A program made the position numbers and the translations under genes. Shown in pieces: positions 1-5,913 of a DNA stretch of 12,170 nucleotides. The stretch is from Candidatus Micrarchaeota archaeon (GTDB lineage Archaea; B1Sed10-29), in the NCBI GenBank assembly GCA_964579265.1, contig CAZOFO010000007.1, positions 22,192 through 34,361 of the forward strand. The letters are read 5' to 3'. Numbering within the stretch: the first letter of the stretch is position 1; each line of letters starts with the position of its first letter. Below the pieces are notes generated by a model that saw only the letters and a list, made by a program, of their open reading frames with translations, searched no databases and had not been told where the DNA came from.

Positions 1-1776
1 TCTGTCTCCTGTCTCTGCAGAGAATTCAAAGGTATCTGTTGCATTGATGTATACGTAGTCGTCGTCTTCTGCTGTTACATTGAAGTCTACTGTGTCTCCT
101 CCTTGGTCTAGGAAGAAGTTTGCTGTTTCGTTCACTTCAAATTCTTCTATCAGGCTTACTCCGTCTTCACTGTTTATTCGGAACTCTACTTCTATTACAT
201 CGTCGTCTTCGTCGATGTCTTCTAAGAATACTACTTTGTTTCCTATTACTGTGTATTGGTCTTCTTCCATTTCTATGACATCTGTATCCGTCCAATCTCC
301 TACATCTGCAGTTTCATTCACTTCTAGTACTGCGTCGTCTACATCGCTTGGGTCGAAGATGTTCAGTGTTCCGGATCTGTCGATCCATTCAACGTTCACT
401 ATTTCTTCTTGGCTCAAGTCTACGTCTACTTGTGTTGTGTCTACTGGACTGGATTCACCCATTCCTAGGAATTCTAGTTCAAAGGTGTCTAATGGTCCTG
501 GTACTGCTACGTTTGCTGGTAGTCCACCGCTGTCGTCTTCTGGTGGTGTTGCATCGAAGTCTCCGTATTCTAGCCATTCACCATCTCCGGCATCGTCGTA
601 TCCGTATGATAGTGTGATGCTATCTAATGTGTTGTCCTCACTACCTACATCGCCATTAGATGTTTCGTATCCTACTAGTTCCCATCTTTCGTCGAGTCCG
701 AATGGTTCTCCGTCTTCTTCTAGATCCAGTGTTTCGGTTCCTAGTAGTAGGTCTGCGCTTGATCTTTCTTCTCCGTCTTGTAGCCATTGTTCTACTTCTT
801 CTACGTATACTGTCATTCCTAGCATTTCTTCTCCTTCGTCTAGATCAATTGTTTCTGTTACTACATCGTCTCCGTATTCTACTTGAACCTGTGCTCTTCT
901 TGGATCTGTTTGGACTCCTAGTAGTGTTACTGTCCAGCCGTCCATCTCTACTGGGTCACCTATTCCTAGGTTGTTTACTGTTTCTGCTGCTTCCCAGAAT
1001 TCTATTTCTCCGTCGTCCAGAGCGCTTTTACTTAGGACAAAGTCCTGTCCAAGCATTTCAAATTCTGGCATTGAGTTCGTGTATTTACTGGAGTTTGTTG
1101 GTAGTCCTTGTCCACGGACATCGAAATTGAATGTCCATTCGAAGTTTCCTTTTTCAGTTCCGTAGAACAGTCCGTGTTCGTATCCTTCTTCTGCATCGTC
1201 GTCTTCACCGTATGCTGCCGAGTGGTCCGTTATTTCTATTTCTTCTTCTAGTGTGTATTTTTGGTCGTCATCGTCTACTTCTATTTCTATTGTTTGTCTG
1301 TCAAGTATTTCTGGTACTTGAGCGTGTTTCAATGTCGTGCTGTTCTCGTAGGTATTGAAGTCGTCGTTTTCATCTTCTCCATCGTTCTCGTGTTCTATCG
1401 TGTATGTGCTGTCTGTTATCTCGTATCCTACTGGTCTTAATGGTGCTGCTACGTCGCTTACTTTTTCTATGGTTACTGTTGGTTCTGTTATGTCTTCTGT
1501 TACTTCTGCTTCTGCGTCTACTATAAAGTCTTCTTCTGCTGCTTCTTCGTAGTTTTGGTTTACTAGGACTGATGCTATTCTAGCTGCTTGTCTACCGTCT
1601 TCTATGTGTGCTTCTTCTCCTGTCACTATTTCAATGTCGTCAACGTTTTCGCTCATTGCATCTACTAAACCGTCGACATCTCCGTCTTCCATTACTTCTG
1701 CATTTGCTAGTCCACCTAACCCGATCAGGGTCACAGCGGAAGTTCCTAGTGCAAGTGCTTTTTTTATTCTTTTCAT
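1..1776 (-). CDS. S-layer (glyco)protein, Methanococcales/Thermococcales S_layer_N-like; 3' end lies beyond the window
   Basis: Manually translated open frame from ATG at 1776 to position 1 with no stop (592 codons). SD GAGGTGA at 1784-1790. Sec-type signal peptide MKRIKKALALGTSAVTLIGLGGLANA. EIVTGEEAHIEDGRQAARIASVL resembles the IVVG..A...D...AA.IA motif of this S-layer family. Extremely D/E rich, with N-glycosylation sequons NST, NSS, NET x2, NVT and NAT. The ORF track missed it, presumably because no stop lies in the window. Confidence 0.85.
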   Translation of the reverse strand, partial: MKRIKKALALGTSAVTLIGLGGLANAEVMEDGDVDGLVDAMSENVDDIEIVTGEEAHIEDGRQAARIASVLVNQNYEEAAEEDFIVDAEAEVTEDITEPTVTIEKVSDVAAPLRPVGYEITDSTYTIEHENDGEDENDDFNTYENSTTLKHAQVPEILDRQTIEIEVDDDDQKYTLEEEIEITDHSAAYGEDDDAEEGYEHGLFYGTEKGNFEWTFNFDVRGQGLPTNSSKYTNSMPEFEMLGQDFVLSKSALDDGEIEFWEAAETVNNLGIGDPVEMDGWTVTLLGVQTDPRRAQVQVEYGDDVVTETIDLDEGEEMLGMTVYVEEVEQWLQDGEERSSADLLLGTETLDLEEDGEPFGLDERWELVGYETSNGDVGSEDNTLDSITLSYGYDDAGDGEWLEYGDFDATPPEDDSGGLPANVAVPGPLDTFELEFLGMGESSPVDTTQVDVDLSQEEIVNVEWIDRSGTLNIFDPSDVDDAVLEVNETADVGDWTDTDVIEMEEDQYTVIGNKVVFLEDIDEDDDVIEVEFRINSEDGVSLIEEFEVNETANFFLDQGGDTVDFNVTAEDDDYVYINATDTFEFSAETGDR

Positions 1777-1783
1777 GTTTGAT

Positions 1784-1790
1784 TCACCTC
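1784..1790 (-). promoter_or_regulatory. Shine-Dalgarno site of S-layer gene (GAGGTGA)
   Basis: Plus-strand tcacctc, 7 nt upstream of ATG 1776. The same motif precedes rps27e (8986-8992). Confidence 0.85.
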
Positions 1791-1812
1791 ACAAATCGTA
1801 TAAAGATTTATT

Positions 1813-1838
1813 CAAGGATGGATCGTTCTCCATCCTTG
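1813..1838 (-). repeat. Perfect 10-bp inverted repeat/hairpin in the S-layer 5' leader
   Basis: caaggatgga (1813-1822) + tcgttc loop + tccatccttg (1829-1838); the arms are exact reverse complements. Confidence 0.9.
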
Positions 1839-1858
1839 TGAAAATGAGTTCTTATTCA

Positions 1859-1872
1859 TATTTAAAGGTTTT
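1859..1872 (-). promoter_or_regulatory. Probable BRE/TATA promoter of the S-layer gene
   Basis: Minus strand reads AAAACC-TTTAAATA, a canonical archaeal TATA box with an A-rich BRE. It predicts a TSS near 1836-1840. Confidence 0.65.
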
Positions 1873-2101
1873 GGTGGAATTTCTGTTTTTTGTCTTATTC
1901 ACCTTCGGCATTTGTTTAAATTTATTTATTTTTTTCTTATATAGCTTATATATTCAATGCTTGCCGTTCCTATTATTGTCTATTTATTGTTCTCTTTATT
2001 AAAGTAACTTGTCTTTTTTATATAATCTTTATTAATATATGCTAATATACAGTGTTTGAAGATTCGGTTTTTTTCATGTTATTCTCTCTATTTGGTACAG
2101 T

Positions 2102-2118
2102 ATCCTTTATATAAGGAT
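2102..2118. promoter_or_regulatory. Inverted repeat ATCCTT-TATAT-AAGGAT enclosing a TATA-like box
   Basis: 6-bp arms at 2102-2107 and 2113-2118 around tttatataa. The repeat is seen directly; the regulatory role is inferred. Confidence 0.35.
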
Positions 2119-2155
2119 GGTTTTTCAGAGTAGTTTTTAATATCTCCTTTTAAGT

Positions 2156-2848
2156 CTACATTCCTTTTTTACCTTTTCCCGAAAGATCCATTCCTCCACG
2201 TGGTCCTAAATTCCTCGTGGACATCCTCTTTGACTTTATTTCCTCTTCTTTCAGTTTTTTTCTCAGTTGCACTACTAGGCTAGTGTAGTAGTGTACTGCG
2301 GATGAAAGATCGTTCAGTGCGCTTTGAAGTTCTTCCATTGTCAATTCAGTTTTCTCGGGTTCAAGTACTTCTACTGAGGATGGTCCGTAGTTCATGACCA
2401 GGTAGAGCATATCTGTGAATTTAGGTACCGTTATCTTTGTTTCCATGAATGTGGATGCTGATTCGGTTTTTCCTTCTTCATTTTCTTCAGTTTTTATCCC
2501 TGCTCTTTCGTGCTCCAGTATTTTGTAAGGTTCTTTTTTAAGTTTTTCTTCAAGGGTATCCATCTTTTTCTCAACGGGTTCTGGTTTCTTTCCCGAAGCC
2601 TCTATAACGAATCTAACTATGTATTTTCCTTCCAGTTTGGGTCCTTTACCCATTTTCTTCTCTATGTACTCTATTAATTTGTATTTTTCTCCGTCCCTTT
2701 CAACTACTCCTAGGTTTATCATTACTTTTAGTTCTTCTTTAAGTTGTTTTGCATCTATTTCCAGTTCTTTCCTAAGTTCTTCTACTGTTTTTGGTTCTTC
2801 CAGTAGTTTTTCAGCTATTTTTTCCTGTTCTTCAGTGTATTCAGCCAT
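2156..2848 (-). CDS. Hypothetical protein: N-terminal winged-HTH-like domain fused to a conserved uncharacterised archaeal alpha/beta domain
   Basis: ATG at 2848 (MAEYTEEQ...) follows SD-like GAGATGA and is preferred over TTG 2854. N-terminal LLEEPKTVEELRKELEIDAKQLKEELKVMINLGVVERDGEKYKL has a wHTH pattern. C-terminal VIEASG...YGPSSVEVLEPE...LQSALNDL is recalled as a family of archaeal hypothetical proteins. Helical/basic tail. Confidence 0.8.
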   Translation of the reverse strand: MAEYTEEQEKIAEKLLEEPKTVEELRKELEIDAKQLKEELKVMINLGVVERDGEKYKLIEYIEKKMGKGPKLEGKYIVRFVIEASGKKPEPVEKKMDTLEEKLKKEPYKILEHERAGIKTEENEEGKTESASTFMETKITVPKFTDMLYLVMNYGPSSVEVLEPEKTELTMEELQSALNDLSSAVHYYTSLVVQLRKKLKEEEIKSKRMSTRNLGPRGGMDLSGKGKKGM

Positions 2849-2868
2849 TTTCAATCATCTCTTTATGA

Positions 2869-2901
2869 GTTCTTTTTCATTCTTCTTTGAATGAAGAGAA
2901 C
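2869..2901. repeat. Imperfect inverted repeat upstream of the HTH-fusion gene
   Basis: gttct-tt-ttcattc / ttcttt / gaatgaa-g-agaac gives 7-bp + 5-bp arms. Confidence 0.6.
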
Positions 2902-2928
2902 ATCCACGGGTTTTTTGAGTGCTTGATT

Positions 2929-2967
2929 TATTTAAATTTACGTGGTTTTCGTATTGACTTTTTATAC
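2929..2967. promoter_or_regulatory. Putative divergent TATA boxes
   Basis: Minus strand TTTAAATA at 2936-2929 points towards the HTH gene. Plus strand TTTTTATAC at about 2959-2967 points towards the BofA-like gene. Confidence 0.45.
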
Positions 2968-3001
2968 TTCAAAGTGAAAAACAAATACAGAGGGGAAACA
3001 C

Positions 3002-3349
3002 TTGATAGGGAAAGTGATATTGAACAACCTGGATATAGCTGAAAATGCTTCCAGGTTAAATGAATCGCTTAACGTTACTGAAAAGGTAGAGCCTGGGTTG
3101 GAGGCTTTCACCGGAAACTGGCAGTTGATCCTGGGAGCTCTATTATTGATAATTGTTTCTTTCGTGATCATATACCTATTGAAGAATATAGTTGTAAACG
3201 CTATCATAGGTATAATCACCCTTCTATTCGTGAGGTTCGTACTCGGGATACCTATACCTCTAACTCCACTGGTTGTTCTAGTAAGTGTCCTTGGAGGAGC
3301 CGGTGGTGTCGCCGCGTTGCTGATCGCGGTTTTCTTCGGATGGCTATGA
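3002..3349 (+). CDS. BofA (pro-sigmaK processing inhibitor)-family small membrane protein
   Basis: About three hydrophobic segments. KNIVVNAIIGIITLLFV...IPIPLTPLVVLVSVLGGAGGVAALL fits the BofA-family pattern (N.I.G...L...IP.....L.G..GV). Start is uncertain: TTG 3002, GTG 3014 or TTG 3020. Confidence 0.72.
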   Translation: MIGKVILNNLDIAENASRLNESLNVTEKVEPGLEAFTGNWQLILGALLLIIVSFVIIYLLKNIVVNAIIGIITLLFVRFVLGIPIPLTPLVVLVSVLGGAGGVAALLIAVFFGWL

Positions 3350-3425
3350 GGAATTGAAGAAAAAGGATAAATAAAGAAAAAAACAAAATAATACATAGGA
3401 AGTTTAAAGATTCAGGGTGTGAAAA

Positions 3426-3710
3426 ATGAGTCTAAAAAATATAGATATAGATAAAGCCGTTAAGAAAAGCCAGAGAAGCGCAGGTATGAGCAAATCAAAA
3501 GACAGAAGATCAAAACAGGAGTCAAGTTCAACGAACAAGAACATGAAACAGATCAGAGAACTGGGAAAAGAAATAACCGAACTCAAGAGGAAGAAATCCA
3601 TGGAGAGCAACCCCGAGAAAAAACAGGAGATACAGGAAAAAATAGATATGAAAAAAGAAAGATACGACGAACTCAAGGAACAAGGAAGAAGAGAAAAGAG
3701 ATACAGGTAA
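3426..3710 (+). CDS. Hypothetical small, highly charged (K/E/R) coiled-coil protein
   Basis: ATG with SD-like GGGTGTGA. Purine-rich coding strand like the other genes. Helical hairpin pattern IRELGKEITELKRKK...IQEKIDMKKERYDELK. No family recognised. Confidence 0.7.
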   Translation: MSLKNIDIDKAVKKSQRSAGMSKSKDRRSKQESSSTNKNMKQIRELGKEITELKRKKSMESNPEKKQEIQEKIDMKKERYDELKEQGRREKRYR

Positions 3711-3910
3711 ATAACGGAAAACTTAAAAACCAGGCAAAAGTAAAAGTACTAAAGAGAAAAGTGGTTCAGAATGCGAAGTGATGAAGTTCATCGAGAAAAG
3801 AAAGTCTAACGGAAAGAAAGAAAGAAGAAAAGAGCCACGCTTGAAACTAAAGGAAGATACTAATTCTCAGCTTCAAAAAATATTTAGAAGAATCAATGGA
3901 ATCTTCATAT

Positions 3911-3982
3911 GGCCACGGTGGTGTAGTGGCAACACAAGGGCCTGTGGCGCCCTCGTCCCGGGTTCAAATCCCGGCCGTGGCC
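3911..3982 (+). tRNA. tRNA-His(GUG), intronless, G-1 encoded, CCA not encoded
   Basis: G-1 at 3911. Acceptor stem GCCACGG/CCGTGGC; D stem GTGT/ACAC; anticodon stem AGGGC/GCCCT with loop CT-GTG-GC (anticodon 3944-3946); T arm CCGGG-TTCAAAT-CCCGG; discriminator C3982, followed by CTT. Confidence 0.97.
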
Positions 3983-4036
3983 CTTCTGAAAAATCTATAT
4001 ATCTAAAAGAACTTATAAAAAACAGGAGAGAAAAAA

Positions 4037-5284
4037 ATGAATCTTAAACCACCAAAAGGAACAAGAGATCTTCTACCGGAACAGACAAGTAAAAGGCAGA
4101 GACTATACCGTAAGATGAGGAACGTATTTGAATCCTACGGATACGGAGAAGTAGAGACACCTGCATTCGAAAACTTTGATCTGCTGGCTAAAAAATCAGG
4201 ACCGCAGATAGAGGAAGAAATATACTCTTTCAAAGACAAAGGAGAAAGAAAACTAGGACTTAGATTCGATCCAACAGTACCTATAGCCAGGATAGTTGCT
4301 TCAGATCCATCCAAGCCAAAACCGATTAAGTACTACTACATAACCAGGATGTGGAGGTACGATCAACCACAAGCCGGTAGAATGAGAGAGTTCTGGCAAT
4401 CAGGATGCGAACTGATAGGTTCTAAAGAACCTGAAGCAGATGCTGAGATACTGAAAATAGCTAACGAGTTATTACAGAGAACAACGGAAGAAGAATACAT
4501 AATAAAAGTTAACTCCAGACAGGTATCGGAAGCATTAGCTGAAAAAGCAGGAGCAGAGGAAGAAAAGGAAAAAATGGAGTTATTCAGAGCAGTTGACAAG
4601 CTCGATAAAAAAACAGAAGAAGAAGTAGAGGAAGAACTAAAGGAGAAAAAAGTAGATGTGGAGAAATTTAAAGAAATGATGGAATACATAGAGAAAGAAG
4701 AAGTTCCTGAAGAATCAAAACAGAATCTAGAAGAGATAATAGATAAAGTTGAAGATCTAGGGATAGACAGGGAGAACATAGAGATAGATCTCTCGATAAC
4801 AAGAGGACTCGACTACTACACGGGATTCGTGTTCGAGACATTCATAAAAGGAAAAGAAGAAAAAGGATCAGTATGCTCGGGAGGAAGGTACGACTCCCTA
4901 ATAGGAATATACGGAGATAGAGAAGTCCCGGCAACAGGTTTTGGATTAGGAATAGATCGATTGCTGGAGATAACTGAAGATGAAAACGATAAATACAGTT
5001 CAGTTGACTTCTACGTATGCCCGGTAAACGATGAAGTTAGAGAAGAAACTCTAAAGATAACACAGGAGTTAAGGGAAAAAGGATTCAAAGCAGATACAGA
5101 TATGATGAAAAGAGACCTGTCAAAACAGATGAACTACGTTAACTCCAAAGAAATCCCTTATACACTGATAATAGGACCTAGAGAAATAGAGAACAACGAA
5201 GTGACTCTGAAAAAAATGGAAAGCGGAAAAGAAGAAAAGATAAAGAAAGGAAAACTCGAAGAAAAACTTAAAAAACTTGTTTAA
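4037..5284 (+). CDS. hisS: Histidine--tRNA ligase
   Basis: PKGTRD, LRFDPTVPIAR, motif 2 WRYDQPQAGRMREFWQ, RGLDYYTG, GGRYD, motif 3 GFGLGIDRL and a C-terminal anticodon-binding domain. SD GGAG upstream. Confidence 0.98.
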   Translation: MNLKPPKGTRDLLPEQTSKRQRLYRKMRNVFESYGYGEVETPAFENFDLLAKKSGPQIEEEIYSFKDKGERKLGLRFDPTVPIARIVASDPSKPKPIKYYYITRMWRYDQPQAGRMREFWQSGCELIGSKEPEADAEILKIANELLQRTTEEEYIIKVNSRQVSEALAEKAGAEEEKEKMELFRAVDKLDKKTEEEVEEELKEKKVDVEKFKEMMEYIEKEEVPEESKQNLEEIIDKVEDLGIDRENIEIDLSITRGLDYYTGFVFETFIKGKEEKGSVCSGGRYDSLIGIYGDREVPATGFGLGIDRLLEITEDENDKYSSVDFYVCPVNDEVREETLKITQELREKGFKADTDMMKRDLSKQMNYVNSKEIPYTLIIGPREIENNEVTLKKMESGKEEKIKKGKLEEKLKKLV

Positions 5285-5289
5285 AGCAG

Positions 5290-5913
5290 ATGATTCCAAT
5301 GAAAATAACTGATTTTGAAGAAAAAAAGGAAGAGGAAGAGGAAAAAGGAATAAGACAGGAACTGGAAGAGAAAAACTACGAAGAAGTAGAAGAAATGATA
5401 GAAAACTGCGAGAGATGCAGGCTACATGAAAACAGGAAAAACGCTGTTCCAGGTGAAGGACCCAGTAACGCGAAGATAATGTTGATAGGAGAAGGTCCTG
5501 GAAAAAAAGAAGATGAACAGGGAAGACCTTTTGTTGGTTCCGCAGGCAAGAAGCTGGATAAGTGCCTGGAAAAAGCAAGGATAAATAGGGAAAAGATATA
5601 CATAACTAATACAGTCAAGTGTAGGCCACCGGATAACAGAGATCCTTTGAAAGACGAATTAAGAGCCTGTCATCCATATACTGAGAAACTGGTGGAGTTG
5701 GTAGATCCTGATGCGGTTGGTCTTCTGGGCAGGATAGCTTCAAAGAGATTCCTGAAGATAGATTCAATAACAAAGAACCGTGGCGAGAAGGTGGAGAAAA
5801 ACGGGAGGATTTACCTACCTAGTTTCCATCCCGCTGCGTTGAAGTACCAGCCGGATAGAGAACCTGAATTAGTGGAGGATCTTAGAAATCTTTTAGAGTT
5901 TGTTGCTGATTAG
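5290..5913 (+). CDS. udg: Uracil-DNA glycosylase, family 4 ([4Fe-4S])
   Basis: CERCRLH, GEGPG motif A, GRPFVG.AG, TNTVKCRPPDNRDP, fourth Cys in RACHPY, and FHPAA motif B. Alternative start ATG 5299. Confidence 0.95.
   Translation: MIPMKITDFEEKKEEEEEKGIRQELEEKNYEEVEEMIENCERCRLHENRKNAVPGEGPSNAKIMLIGEGPGKKEDEQGRPFVGSAGKKLDKCLEKARINREKIYITNTVKCRPPDNRDPLKDELRACHPYTEKLVELVDPDAVGLLGRIASKRFLKIDSITKNRGEKVEKNGRIYLPSFHPAALKYQPDREPELVEDLRNLLEFVAD

Noticed and set aside
80..2002. Plus-strand ORFs (80-886, 348-617, 660-1130, 971-1165, 1131-1358, 1355-1552, 1604-2002, 1608-1841)
   Set aside because: Ser- or Leu/Arg-rich antisense shadows of the acidic minus-strand S-layer gene; no recognisable motifs.
1852..2077. 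Tiny minus-strand ORFs MKKTESSNTVY (from 2077) and MPKVNKTKNRNSTKTFKYE (from 1911)
   Set aside because: Too short, expected by chance in AT-rich DNA, and the second overlaps the predicted promoter.
1867..2155. Possible replication origin in the AT-rich spacer
   Set aside because: No ORB-like repeats with G-strings recognised and no adjacent orc1/cdc6.
3775..3810. Hammerhead-like GTGATGA...GAAA or canonical C/D sRNA
   Set aside because: Core is GTGATGA rather than CTGANGA, the required stems are absent, and there is no plus-strand CTGA box D.
3983..4036. Integrated element at the tRNA 3' end
   Set aside because: No duplicated tRNA 3' fragment or integrase seen; hisS follows immediately.
3778..4047. 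89-aa plus-strand ORF
   Set aside because: Reads through the tRNA-His gene; the low-complexity basic N-terminus does not match L41e or another family I recognise.
2619..5618. Antisense ORFs over the HTH gene, BofA-like gene, orphan gene, hisS and udg
   Set aside because: Phe/Ser/Leu-rich mirror frames caused by purine-rich coding strands.
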